Positions 13,301 through 28,300 of a DNA stretch of 64,000 nt are shown here, one piece after another. A model generated the notes under the pieces. The model was not told where the DNA came from and did not search any database. It saw only the letters and a list, made by a program, of their open reading frames with translations. This DNA comes from Bugula neritina (lineage: Eukaryota > Animalia > Bryozoa): NCBI GenBank assembly GCA_964035545.1, contig OZ037768.1, positions 19,947,700 to 20,011,699 of the forward strand, read 5' to 3'. Each line of letters starts with the position of its first letter. Within the stretch, counting starts at the first letter, position 1. The position numbers were made by a program, and so were the translations under genes.

Positions 13301-16300
13301 ATTTGGTGAAGAAAGCTACGCTAATTTAGCTGAAGATGTTACGGACTTTAGACGCAGATATCCTGGAGATTCCTTTAAACTAAAGTGTCCTCAGTCTATG
13401 TCAATTGTTTGTCCCAACTGTTCAGCTACAGTGAAATGCTCTCTGAATGTTGATGGTAGTACTGGTGTATTTGACATGTTCTGGAATGTAACAGAAGAAC
13501 AGAAACTCTACTGTCAAGGTATCATGACTCATTCTTTTACTAATCATGTTCTGCTGGTTTAATTGTAATTATTATAGCAAATTGTCTCTTAATAATACAG
13601 TGAGGATTTAATTTCGCTGTCATGTTGTCTATCAAACAATATTTATATTATTATATCTTACTGATTATCATGTAAATGATGGGTTTTTCAATTCCTTAGA
13701 TCATGTGATTTGTGATCCCAAGAGCTTGAACTGGTCAGAGATGGGTTTACCAAGTTCTGTGGAACCACTCAGTTCTGTGGATTTTGTTTTATCTGGTACT
13801 AAGTTGTCTTACCAATGTGGCTCTGATAAGATTGGAGTATCTGCTAGTGGAAGGATGTTGATGTCCGGATCAATTGTTTGCAGGTAAATTTTTTAGGGAC
13901 TCGTTACACAGACATCAACTCTCAATATTAAATAAAATTGATAGCATACAATAAGATACAACTAGATACATGAGTGTCCTGTTTCTAGTTCTGAAGGATT
14001 ATGGATTGCTGGTGACCCAGAGAACACAATTACCAGCTGTATTAATCGTACCACATCGGAAATTAACCTGGCTATTAATAAAACTACAGACATTAGTTCC
14101 ATCTCATCTGGGAATCTTTCATATCTCGTTGATGGATTATTTGATACTTCTGGAAGTTCTGTTGAGATTCTGTCTACAGACAGTGAAGCTAACCAGTGGT
14201 GGAAGATTGACTTATTTGCTATATATGGTATCCGTGAAGTCATTCTCTATGCCTCTAATGGTAAGGCTTCATGCTTACATATAATGAACTACAGAACACC
14301 TGATAAAATGTTAGTGTAATTCTGTAACACCTTTCATATTCAATTTCTAGACACACTGCACACCATTCAACAACTACACATACTGACATCTGTTGCCACA
14401 TACCCTGACAGTGTACCTTCAGTTAATAGTGATTCATGGAGCTCAATGTATATATATGATGGCCCGCCCACACATTGGGTTGTCAATGTGCAGTTTACAT
14501 ATAGAGCACCTGCTAGGCATGTCGCTCTGTTGTCTCTATATGATGAAGGATTTGGTCTACAGGAAGTGGAGATTCTTGGGACAGGTTAGTAAATCTTGGT
14601 ATCACTGTACGGTGTTTGTTATTCTGAAATATTTAGTAACTTCATTAATATAAGCAGCTTGCTTTTCTTGTTTGACTTTGCCGAACCACCAACTAACGCT
14701 TAAATATGAATTCTAAGGTGTGGTTGGTGTCTGCAATATTTTTTGCATTTCAATTCTTTGTTGTAGAAAACCTGGCTGTAGGCAGAGATTGTTCGTACAG
14801 TCCTGGTCACTCTACAACTGGCACTGTACGTTATGCCGTTGATGGGAAGATTGGTGAAGGCATGATTTTCATGTCCCAGGGCGATGCTATGTGGATGATG
14901 GTTGATTTGTCTTCTGTATTCAGATTGAGTTCTGTTCACGTTTATCATTACGGTGAGTGACTGTTTGTAAATTAGATTGAGTGACTGGTGTAGTGTTAAA
15001 GTTGAGTTATAGTATTGTGTGTTGAATCATAGTAGTATTATAATAGTATTTTTAACGGCCTACTAGTTAAAGAATTTGCTATTTTTATTAGTTAGATCAT
15101 TAATTTAGAATTGTATACTTTAGAGCTTTGCATTTATCTTTTAAACTAATAATTCTGACCTCTGTATTTCATATAGAATGCAATATCTTAACACGACATA
15201 ATGTGTTGTTTTGTATATCTTAGGCTTTGATTTTGCCAACATTTCTCTCTACACCACCAACATATTGGCAGCAGAACTCTGGGGATTGGATCCAACGCAA
15301 CATGCAGATGTTTGGTCAAGTGGTTATTTTATTCAATCAACAAATGCACATTATGCCGTGTTTGATGGAAGGATTTTAGCACAAGGATTAGCTCTCTATG
15401 GAATGACCAACTCCGAACTTGTTGTTGAAGAGCTTGTTGTCTTTGGAGCACCGTTATCAGGTAAAACCTTTGCTAAATAATATTCTGGTAAATTGCTAAT
15501 AGTTATTTATACATTTTGGTGGATTTTTCTACAGACATATTATTTAGGAACCATAATGTCACTAGAGCTAAAAGTTTGCTAGCACCACATCGCTAGATAA
15601 GATGTGCATGAAATTCGAAGCGCTGATGACCAGTAGGCAATTATCTTCAATATTAGATGCAGCTCTAGAAATCTCTGAAAAGTTGAAATAAGTTACAAAA
15701 AACCTGACATTCCCTCACCTTTTAGTATCTGGGTGCAACGCTTATCACAGTTTAGCAATGACCATTGAGGTCATATTAACATTCAAGAATTAGTAGATGA
15801 AAAACAAATCAAGAGTACAATGCAAACTAAGATAAATGTTTTTTATTTTAATACTGGAATAGCAGGCTGTCTCTAGGTCCAAGTTTGTGCTCAAACTTTA
15901 CAATTACAAGCAACTGATGAAATATTTTTAATGTAACAGTATTCGGCATTTTCCAGTCAGTTTTGCATTTATCTAATTCGCTTGGTCTACCAGTCTTGAC
16001 TGCAATTTAGTCATAAGTTTATTCATTTTCTCAGAGAATCTGGCAACAAACAAGGAAACATATCAAAGTGTGATGCAAGGAGAAGGCAACTCTTCATTAG
16101 CTATAGATGGAGATATAATGACTGCCTCCAGCACGCAGCCTGGCACCGACCAATGGTGGCAACTGGACTTGGGCTCCAACAATTTAGTTAAGCACATCGC
16201 CATCTTGTTTAATCATGGCAATTATGGTGAGTGTAATTAGAATGTAAAGTTGCTTAATTTAGGAAAATATTATTGGGTGATGAAATCTATATTTAGGAGC

Positions 16301-19300
16301 AATAGTGGAAAAATTGAGATAGCCTACGTTCTGTAATTTTAATATTAAATTTTGGTTTGGTGCGCGGGTTGAAATTTTAGCGAGAACATGATTTTTTATG
16401 CTACAATTTTAATTTAGAACACAGGCTTTTCTCACTTTCTCCATTACTGCACCTACCTCGAACTCTATGGATTCAGTATCTAGTTTATGAACCATTGTTA
16501 TGTACAATAACATTATAGCCCAAGTATATTCTGTCTAATATGAATTTATATAAATTTTAGTTACATAATCTCACACTGCCTTTATTATTACTAAGCTTTT
16601 CTAATACATACATACATATGAGCAATACTATCAAACCAATTACTATTTATCAATATTTTAATGTTTTTGTTTCTTACATTATATAATCATTGTGAGTTTT
16701 TTATCACTTGCCATTTTATTTTAGTTGTCTTTTTCTTAAAAAAAATAAAATTAATTTCGTTTCTCAGTACACTCGGTACTTTTGGTAATAAATTCAAGCT
16801 CTTTGAACCTTGGAATGAAAGTGCCATTAATTATTGGTTACTTTTGAATTGTATTGTATGTGTATGTCATGTAACTTATGATAAACCAGGTGTCTTGGCA
16901 TCTCTTCATGCCCCGGACATGTTACTAACAATGTAGACTTAGTTCCTTACTTTACTAGCCTGTGTACTGTTATTGGTTGTGGTATTGAATAAAGAGTGAT
17001 ACATATTATGTGGAACTCATTCCTCTTTAAGAAATATAGAGCATTTTCTGTAATTAGAGTTGCTATTTACAATAATTGACAAGGAGTTGTGACAACTTAA
17101 TAGAATAGTATGTAAAGATGAATAGTACTGTATGCTATAATTCTTGCTACTATTGCTACTGTCTGTATATGGCTTCTACATGTGATTTCCTGAATATTCC
17201 AATTTGAGAATCTCTTGTGATGATTTTCTTAAAACAACTTTTTTTCTTTTCTCTGTCAAAATAGGAATTGTTTACTGGGATTTTGGATTAATTGATGAAA
17301 AATTAATATAGCTGATAGTAATCTCTATTTATAAATGTCTTAATAAATAATAATTAGTCAATAGAATATAAATAAATTTTTGCTGCTGAAAAATATCTTT
17401 GTGAGACAGTTTAACCCTTGAAAGTTTGAACCTGCACAATTATTTAATTATCGCCTATTCTCACTTTTTTTATTATCTTTTAGATGGAGTATTTTCTATA
17501 TACACATCTGAAATAGACACTGTCTCACAGCAAGTACCCAATAACTCATGGCACTTGGACTTTACCCAACTATTGACAGCCAACTCCACAGTAAACTTCC
17601 AGATGTATGATGATTTCAAGTACGCTAGGCATATAAGAATTGCGTCTAATAGCAGCAACAGTTTTAGCATCAGAGAGGTTCAAGTTTATGGTAATGGTGA
17701 GTATCTCTCTAGTGTGTAGTCTTCCAGCTCTTCTAAATGCTAAACATAGTGTCACTGGTGTGAAACTTCTTGACTTTGCAAGTTAGCGGTTGATGACATA
17801 GGTCTACATGTTTCAACTTTCCACTTATCTTTCTAGCTTATCTCAAGTATTTGTATTTTGTAGCCTTCAACTTCATTTTTAGTAACGCAGTTGTGAAGTT
17901 ATTAATTTGTAATTTGATCTACGTAACTGAAATTTTACTTTATGCAAGCGCACTGACATCGGGTTATCCTGCGATTATATATTAATAGTTGTTTATACGG
18001 TCACGCCTAATGGTTTTAGGGGCGTGGCTTAAATACTTTTGAACTCATAGTCGACTGCTTATTGGGTAATTAAGTTCGTCTGCAGCATTTTTAAAATAAG
18101 CAGACGAACGGCTTGCAGCTTACACTTCATTAGGTAGCTTTGACTTTGTACGTGTTCGATGTCTCTAAATAACTCTGCAGCCAGTTATATGTAAGTAAAG
18201 TGCATATACTTTGTACATATACTACAGTAATAATTTTATTTTAAATACTTTGACTAAATTTCATTGTAGTTATTACATTTATGTGTCAATAGTTTTAATT
18301 TTAAAAGTAAAATGCAAATAAAATTATCATAAATCTTGTAGTTATACTTTTCACATTATTATTTTAGGCTCATAATTTAAATGTACAGCTTTTTCAGCTA
18401 GTGCTTTAAAAGGGTTTTGAGTGAATTTTCTTCTCCGTTACAATATAATTTATTCAGTTACCTGATTTTCACTCTTGTAATAGAGACATGGTTTTGTGAA
18501 AAAGAGTTAATTATTTTTATTGGTTGTAAATTTGGGGCTAAATTGACTCTAAAGTCTAAAGTCTAAACCATTCAGAAATTACTATCTTCTGCATTTTAGT
18601 TTGTTTTTCCACTTGTTCTTCAGATTACCTAATCTAATTATTTTAGTCGCCACAACATTAACTTGCTAACTTCTAATTTGTATTTCAATTTTAATATGGA
18701 GTATTTTTCCCCAACGGTGTAATCATGATAATGTAATTGAGAACAGCTACTCTACACGAATAGACAAAAAGATCCAATTAGGTTAGCTACAAATTCTTGT
18801 AAGGAAAAAGTTTATGTATGCACATGGGTCTTGTAACATGTTTAGAATTATCTTACGTTGATGGATTGTAATTATTTGAATGACTGAGTGACTGTTTTGA
18901 ACGATCCTGTTCACGCTGCTCAGTTTTATCTTTTATAAGCAAATTACACTGCATGCCAAGTTTATTTAAGAAAAGTTGTTATGAAACTTGGTCTAGAATT
19001 TTCAACTTATCTAATAATCTAAGAACAGTTAGCAAGGAATTTTTTATTCTTTTACATATTTTTATACCAATTTGCTTGTTTTGATAATTTTAATAAAGAT
19101 TCTAGATTTGTTAGTATATTTTTAAACTATTATTGGTTTAATGTTAGTTTTGTACCCTGAGGTTTCCTGACTATTTTGACAAAAGTTGCAATTATAATTT
19201 AATGTTGGTCCTTTGACCCATCATAATTTTGCTTGAGCTATGACAGAGTATTTTTTACAATCTATATCAAAATTAATTTGAAATGAAATGATCAAATTGG

Positions 19301-22300
19301 TACTTGATTGAAAAACCACCACTTTGTTCCAATTGGTTGAAATTGGTATGAAAAGTAGCATGTAGTTTAACTGTTTCTTTTGTTGCTTGTAGTGACGCTG
19401 GACTGGGTGTGTGTAGTGTCTGATATAAAGAGTCAACTACCTTTACTAAATATTGACAATATGGTGATATTGGGAGAGTCAGCTCTCGCTTATGTTAAAG
19501 TAAATGAGCTGTTGCGTGTCTCATGTGCTGATGGAAGAAGTCCTGGTATAACCAACAATTTACAACCAACTGTTGAAGGGCTGAGATGCACGTAAGTTAA
19601 ATTTAGTTAGTTTATAGCAAGATAGTTAGTGCAAGTATAATGTTGAACCATACTAATAGAGTGATATCAATACAATACAAGTTGCAAGAAAAATCAAATG
19701 CATTTTAAAAGATCATTTATTTTAACTGTAATACAAGTAAAGATTTAAATTATTTAAAGAAAGCTAAAGATAATTTGCATCATTTCAGGTATGGTGGGCA
19801 ATGGCAAAGAGGTATCCCAAGACTGCCCAACCACTGTCAAGGTAAGATTATTCTTATGCTATTGGCTATGTAGTATAATATTATGTTGTAGTATGTGTTT
19901 ACAAATGGCTCTCGATAAAAGCATTTTTACTTATCAACCGCTACTTATTTCGTTAATATGATGACTAAGTTAAAAAAGTAGTGTTTATGTACGTAACATC
20001 TTGCTTTAATATATTCTGTTTGTAGAAATAGCCTGTGAACCACCATCAAACAGTTCAATGTACGAGTACTCTGGTAATGTCACAATAGATAACTTCATAC
20101 CTCTAAATCAGACTCTACTGCTAACATGTGATAATGGAATATCATATGAATCTCAGTGCAGTAGAAATGGTAACATGATATTTGGACAGTGGATTCCCCC
20201 TCTTACATGTGGTATGTTTTTGTTAAACTTGTAATACTTGTGATATTTTGCAGGTAATTGCTCTAAAATGATATTATTTTATTATAAACTGTTGACAGTT
20301 GTTGAGTGTAGTGTAGAACACCAGAATTTAAATTTAACAGTTTAAAGCAACTATGTGCTGCAGTTCATTTATGAAAACATGAACGTTAGGTAATTTATCA
20401 TCTGTAGAAAATTATCTTGCTTTTCGTGTTTTGATTTGTTCTATTGTATTGTTATAGTCAACCAGCAGTGCGACAGTAAACAGCAACTGTCTGTTTGGGG
20501 TACAGAATATGCAAACAAAAGAGAATACATCTCGCAGCGTTTAACTGTTTCTGTGGGAGAAACTGCTATATTTCAGTGTATGGAAGGCTGCACTGGTCAA
20601 ATTGCTCAATACTCATGTACTATGTAAGTTATATGACTGCACTGATGAAACTAGAATACAACCATTAGCCTACATAATGAACAAAAGAAAAATACATCCT
20701 TATAATATTGTAACTGATATTATATAAACAAACATTGTGAACATGAGCTCATAGGGGTAAATTATGTATGAAATATATATGAAAGCATGCTTAACTTTTA
20801 ACTTCTTTGTAGTGATACTGATGGTATAGCTAAACTTCAGGCTCATGGTGGTAATTCTACCTTATGTGATGGTAGGTGGTTTTATTTATACATCACATAT
20901 TGTTTATTTTTCTCTTTGTTGTTCAGGCAAATAATTTTTCATAAATTTCATTCTGTAATTTTTTTAACAGAAATACGCTGTCAAGCACCTGCTATAAGTA
21001 CAGAAGGTCACATAACATACAGTCAAACGCTTGACTGGGAGTGTCATCAAGATGGAGGTTCTTGTCAACTAAATGAAAGAGTTGAGGTTTTCTGTTCACA
21101 TGATGATACAACTCCAACTCATCATTTCTGTCTGTTATCAGACAACAACACTGCTGAATGGTTTCCTTCCTTTTCTTGTGGTAAGATAGTAAATAATCTA
21201 TACGATTGAATGAAACTTTGTTGGTGTGTTTGCTTTTTTGCAATATAGCATATGACCAGTGAATATGTCAATTTTTTATATGTAAGTCATGCATGTGGTT
21301 GCCAGCAAAGTACAATTTCTCCATAACTGTGACGAAGAATAAAAATCTGGCTAAAGTCACTTGGCTAAAGCATCTTGACTGTGTTAAATCTAAATTTTAT
21401 ATTTATAGAAATTGTGTTGCTTTTGGTACACAAACTTTGTTAGCCGATTCAGGCTATTGACTTTGATATGCATAATAATTACTGCTGATTTTTAAATGAA
21501 GAGTTTTCATGCTGAGTAACTGAAATGTATATTTTTAGAAAACAAGGCGCTGTCCTGTGGAATTCCTGGTGATATCTTTGGTATGACATGTACAGATTCT
21601 ACTTTGGCAGCTGACACTCCTGACTGGCAGCGTTACCCTGATGGCACAGAACTCCCTTGTAGTTGTCAGTCTGGATTTCATCAAGGTGAGCAAAACTGGG
21701 CCGTATTTGAATATAAAAGTTTTGCATTAAGTAACTTCCGCCGTGGTTTTTGACGAAATAGCTTCTTCATGAATCTGAATTTTTAGCAGTTTCTTTACTT
21801 TCAGTGTCTGAAGAGCCAATCATTGTATGTAATGGAACAACCAGGCAGTGGACACCAACATATGGAATGCCTTGCATTGGTAAATATCTTGAAGACTCCT
21901 GTTTAAGTGTTTTCAGTTCTGCAAACAGCTCTGTTTTACTTGTTTTACTTTGATCGTGTTTTTACCACTCTTTAACCAGTATTATGTTCTACTTGCTTTA
22001 CTTGGTATAAAAAAACTCACGCAAGTTTACAGTCACTATCCCTGTGAGAAACCCCAGATAGAAAGGGTTTTTGTTGAAGCGGGCTACGGACTTACTTGCT
22101 TTACTTGGCATGTGATTCCTGTATTTACAGCTGATACCAGCCCTTCAAACCTAATAGAGGATTCAGAGTCGCAGCTAATCAGTTTAGACAATGGACTTCA
22201 TCTACTTGTGGAATGTAATGAAAATAGCTCCATGTCACCATCTTATCCTTCTAGAAGGGAACTTCTTGAGGTTCAGAATTTGACAGATTCTCCTATCAAC

Positions 22301-25300
22301 TGTTACAGTAAGTGTTTAAATTCATTAACTTACAGCTAAAGTAAAACTGGATCTTAATTATTTTCTAAAATTTTATGGATATAAATTCAGAATGGTTTCA
22401 CTTTTAATCCCCATTTTGTGAAATTTTAGCTGGATGCAAAGCAGATTTCATAACATCGAATATCCCATATTCAGAATTGATTCCTCCTCACCATGTTCAT
22501 CCCGTTGGGGCTGAAGCTGTGATAAGCTGTGAAGAAGGCAAAGCAATAGATAATGAATTAGGTGAGTCAATTATTGTAACTCTACGAGTATAGCATTCAA
22601 ATTATTGGCCTTCCTAACTTCTTATGGTGTTCAATACTGATGCAGGCAACATGTTGCACTTTTTTCAGGTTTTGTGGTTGCAAAATGTGAGGTGATGGCT
22701 AACAACACAATTGGATGGTCATTTCCATCTAATATATCTTGCAGAAGTGAGTTTTTAAAATTTTGTTTTGCTTTTGTTTGCTGCCTGTAGTAAGGTGCTT
22801 GCCTAATCTTTTAGAGTAGTAAAATCACCAATACTGCTTACTTGATGCTTGTGCTAGACGATATGCAAACATTGTTGGACTACTGTCAACCAATTCCTTT
22901 ATCAATTATGTTTCAAGAATAGTGTCTGTACTCAACTTCATACTGAGTTGTATAGTTATGCTGTTGATATATCATATATACATTTAAGTAACCCTCAAGC
23001 ATCTTGCATTTACTAAAGGCACTACTGCTCAGGCTCCCTGGTTTGTTGTAGATTTTATATATCATTCTTCATCCACTACGACTGTACGGAATGTCAAGTA
23101 AGTATTACTAATGTAAATAGAGTATTTACAAATAAATAAATTCTTGTGCAGCTGGGAATCATTTGCAGCAAATACATTTCAAAGTTATTTCTTTATTTTA
23201 AAACTTTTTGTCTGAAGAAATCTTGCTATTCAAAGTTTTTGTTTATTTCAGGAGCCTTGGACCACTACACTATACTGGTTTGCTTTTAATATTATTTTAA
23301 ATACAAACTCATTTGCATAAATCTATATGTATTTGTGAGATTCTTTTTTTCTTGCTGCTTCATTGTAAATAGTTATGAGCTAATAATTGAATTACTAACA
23401 TAACGATTGTCATTTTAGCATTTCAAAATTTTTGATCTCTAGAGGGTCTATTATCTAAAATGCGCGTTACAAAATATGCAGATTTTGATGTGTGTAGTAC
23501 ATTTCTTAGACAAGTTAACAAAGATAGCTATCCAAGTAGAAGTCAGTTCAAATGCCGGTCATAAAAACAGATTAACCGACACTGCTCTGAGCAACTCCTG
23601 GGTTTCTGAAGCTACTTCACAACAATGGCTTATGGCAACATGGACTGGGATACATTCTGTAACAGTTATTAGACTCTATTTACCAGGGATACTAGGTAAA
23701 TCAGTTAATTCATGATTACTGGGTTATAAGTACTGTGATTGTATTGCTTTATGCGCATCTATCAGTGCTTATCGAAGTTCCACAGCCTGCACAGGCTTGT
23801 ACTGGTAGTTGCACTTCACTAGCTGTTCTGTGAAGCAGAATCATGTTTTAAGTAAGTAATTATTAAAAACGCGCTCAAATAGTACCAGAATTCCATAGAA
23901 ATAATAGTTCAGATTAATTAGATGATTTTTAAATCAAAACACTGTAAAAATTTTGTCACACACTGGTAGTTTGGCAATCAGCTACTATAGAAATTATGAG
24001 ATAATGCATATTTATAAACTATTTGCTTAAAATGCTTATCATTGTTTGTTTAAAGGCTGCGCTGCAATTTTTCCAATGTAATATTTGTAGCAAACATTCA
24101 TGTGATGTCCACGATGGTATCCAACACTACAGATCCACCTTCTATAAACAGTAATAGTTGGATAGTAGATGAATTCATAGAGGGCGCATTTACGCAGAAT
24201 ATTACAGACCTCCACTATGATGTAGGAGACATACAGGGATACGCCGTAGCTCTTTTGTCTGGATACAGTGAAGGGTTGGGAGTGAAAGAGCTAGAGGTTT
24301 ATGGCATTGGTGAGATTTAGACTAATTTGGTTATACAGTTGAATATTGTTCATCAACAGTAACTTATAAATGACATAGAAATTGCAGATCAATTTTTTTT
24401 TCAGTTCAAGTTGGAAATTTTCAATTTGATGTATGGTAATGCTTTCTGGTGGTATAATTTGTTAGTATTGTAGGTAACCTCTTAACGAACCAACATTCCG
24501 TCTCATCTAAGAGTGGAAATCCGAACCTTGCAGTAGATGGATTGTTAGTGAGAGTTCCAGAAATTACATCTGTGTTCAGATCAGATCCTGGTCTGAATGA
24601 GTGGTGGTCTGTGTTTCTTGGAGATGTCTACCAGATTGGTGTTATATCTGTCATCAACACTGACAATGGTGAGATTGAAGATCTCATTTTCATAAACTTG
24701 TTTCTGGACACATCAATATCTACTACTTTCTGTGCTGCATTACATGTTAGTCGTGACGCTCTTTAGTTCATGTTATGAATAAAATTTTAAATTAATTGTT
24801 TTGAGTCATCAGTTAACTGAATCGATATTAATTTATACAAAGCTTATTTTTTCAACTGTGCTAGAAGGTGACCTAGCTCCATATAGTAAGATGACAAACA
24901 ATAAAACGAATGAAATCATATTTTCAGAGCTGGACTTGCCGATAAAGATTCTGGTAGCAATAAGCACTACTGAAACACTAACGCCATCACTGAATGGTTC
25001 TTGGAATGAAGTTCATATTCAGGAGAGACCAGTTTTACATACATTGACTGTGAAATATTCTCCTGCAATCAGTGCCTCACACATCGCTCTGTTACATGAA
25101 GGAAATGGAACTTTAATTATAGAAGAGGTCTTTGTTATTGGTTACAGACTAGGTAAATGTTTTTACTATAATCAGTTTTAACAAGCATTGTAGTATCGCG
25201 AGAACTATTACTTCTGTTTAATGTATGCATTTAATGGCATAAAATTTGTAATTTACTTGTATAGATGACTACACTGCATTACCGACTACCACCATTCAGC

Positions 25301-28300
25301 CTGGAACACATGGCAATACAGTTTGGTTGACAGTCAACTTGGGGGTTTCCAGACGAGTTTACACTATCATTGTCTTTCCAGACAGCTCAAGTAAGTGGAC
25401 AGTTTCTGCGTTTTATTTTTGTTGTTTTTGCAGCTATTATTGGAGTCAGATGCCAATATTTATTGCCCACAAGATATATGTTGAACGGTTTATTGATGTA
25501 TGTACACCACACCATGCTCTATGTTTGTACTGTTTTTAAAATTCAATTCAAAGAGAAATTAAATAAATATAATCAACAATAAAGAGAGCTGTATGGAACT
25601 TGTGTGTTGTGTTTGTAGATTCTCCTAGCAGTACAGCTGATGTGCATGTACTGACATCTCAAGCTAAATCTATTAAGAACATTGTATTGGTGAATGACCG
25701 AGTCTGGTCGAGAAAATCTTTGGAAAAAGAATTACTTAGAGCTCCATATGGAGTTGTGTCACTCAGTCCTCCTCAGTATATTCAACATATTGCTCTACTT
25801 ACATCTTCTGATAGTAACTTGCGAATATCTGAAGTGATGGTTCTTGGGAGAGGTTAGTGTAGTATTCTGTATATGTCAGCATCAATTTTTAGAAACTGAT
25901 GTTTTGTATATTGTGCTTGTAAACTGAGTAAAGCTTTTGCTTTTGTGATTCTAGGCAAAGCCTCACAATTCTTTGCCTACCCCCCACCCCCCCCCCCCCC
26001 CCCCGTTGTTCTCTTGCATTTTATATGTTGAATTTTCAAGGTAACAGAGGTATATTGTATTGTATGGTCTGTTTCTAGGACAAGGGTGTATGTTTAAAAA
26101 TGGCATGGAGAATTTTGCTTCCTATGCTGAAGATAACTTTGACTTGAACAACAGGCATGTTGGTAGTAGTTTTAATCTGGATTGTAAATCAAAACTCTGG
26201 CAGAAGAAGTGTGAAAACTGTTCCTCAAAAGTATCCTGTGTATACAAGATTGGCAGTGATGGAACCAGCTTTGATATGGTGTGGGATGTGACTGAGCAAC
26301 AGAAACTCTACTGTAGAAGTAGGCGTCTATTTTTAGTCTCAGTCCACTAAAGGTTTTTTGATCAAAAAGTTTAGATATTATTTACATATATATAGTTGTA
26401 CAGACTTTGTTGCGAGACACTTATTTCTACAATGACTCATTTGACGCTGATTCGTCATATTACAGTTGTATTCATATAATTAAACTAACGGAGTTACTAT
26501 ATTGTCAATGAAGAAGATTATAGCACAATATCACTAGTTGTTTAAAGTAATAAAATACTCAAATACATAATAGGGCTGGTAATCTTAGGTTATCACTAGT
26601 CAAATCTATTTAAAGTTATGATTACTTGAAAACAATATTGTCAATGTTGTAGTCTTACTAGTCTTAGAATACTTCTATGTTTTCAGATTCCAGTGTATGT
26701 CTGGTCAATGATATTCAGTTCTCTGCTATTTCTCTTCCTTCTCAATTTTCTGTAAGATCTGAGGCTGAGTATATTTTTCCTGGAGATTTTATTCTTGTCT
26801 ATTGTCCTGGTTCATCCGCAACACCACGTTACACACTGCTTTGCTCGTAAGTTCATTAATAAAGTGTATCCAATTACCTGCTATTATAAGAATTTAATTA
26901 AACTGCTACATTTAATACATATGTTATACAATGCAGGTCTTTATTAACATGGCAACTGAAATCAAATCTCTCAACATCTTGTCCACAAGAAGACATGACT
27001 GGCAAGAATCTGGCTTCTTTGGGCTCTGCCAGTCAGAGTTCAATATCTATAGGAAATGCTGATGTAGCGATTGATGGTGTAACTAATTTTACTAAAGGTG
27101 GGGCCGTGTACACAGCAACTTTGTGGGCACCAAACCAATGGTGGAAAGTAGATCTTGGTCAGATCATTGGACTATCTAAAGTCACTATCGTCTTCCCTAA
27201 TGATCAAGGTTTGCTAAATCAAATGATTTTCCATAGAAAACGTAACATAACTGAATCCATGCATCTATTGGTTGATACGTCACTGCACTACTTATTCATT
27301 TGACTGTAGGTTTCAGTTTTACATTGTTTTGAAATACTTTAGATTATCTTTTGTTGATTATTATTCAATTTGCATTCTCCATTTAGTTTGAATTGTTTTA
27401 ACAGAGTTCATGCTCTCTATTTATTATGTAATTTTTAGACACTTACATTGTGGGCCAAGATCTTCACATTCTCACCTCAGTAGTGACAGAATATTATTCT
27501 GATATTTCCCTGAATGCTCCCTCCTGGTATTCTTCATATCTGTACGAAGGAACTCCTACTGATCAGATCCTCACTCTGAGTCTAGACCAGGAGGCACCTG
27601 CTAGACACGTTGCACTCTTCTCAGTCCAGAACTCTTCATTAGCTCTGCAAGAGGTTGAGGTGTATGGCAAAAGTATGTACTCAAACATATTGATCTTCAA
27701 AGCTTATGTACTATTTTATAACCTTGTTGTCATTTTGTTATTTAATTGTCTATGTATCTCTGTTGAAATGTGAAAGTAGTTTGTAATAATAGATCCAAAC
27801 CAATCAAAGATTTCTGTCCTTCTTGTAATTTTTCTTCTCTGCTGAAGATTTTTTCTCATAGCCTAGAACCATTTATGCTTTGTCTTGTGATTGCTTTTAG
27901 CCATCATTTTCTTACATGTATGCAAACATTAAAATTCTAAATCATGATTTTTTTTGCGCTACTCAAATATGGATGATATTTTTTATATGTATAATTGCGA
28001 TTATGTTCTGTTGCAACGAAAAATTATCTGTTTAGGTAACTTGGCTCGGTTCGGTGCTGTATCAAGCAGCACCGGTTCTCCTCCCAGTGGCTCTCACAAA
28101 GCCAATGATGAAGTGATTGGTTCACACAGGTACTTTATGTCACAGGATGAAGTTTCTAGGTCATGGTGGATGGTGGATCTTGATCACCTCTCGTGGTTAT
28201 CTTCAGTTTATATTTACACAGCCGGTTAGTTGCTTTTGTGTTTTACATAGTTTAGCCAGCTCTCCATACACTGCTTGCATTTCTCTGCATACTGTGTGTT

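Noticed and set aside
13966-13988. Upstream acceptor at 13965 for the FTP exon
   Set aside because: Phase 0 is incompatible with the upstream phase-2 donor; the AG at 13987-13988 fits and is conserved in the paralogs.
13962-14284. Recurrent minus-strand and alternative-frame ORFs (also at 36334-36656 and 54555-54877)
   Set aside because: Shadows of the duplicated FTP exon; their recurrence is explained by DNA duplication.
15461-19392. Possible transposon remnants in the long unit-2 introns (e.g. ~15540-15830, ~17940-18200)
   Set aside because: No TIR, TSD, ORF or empty paralogous site that I could identify by eye; needs a repeat-library search.
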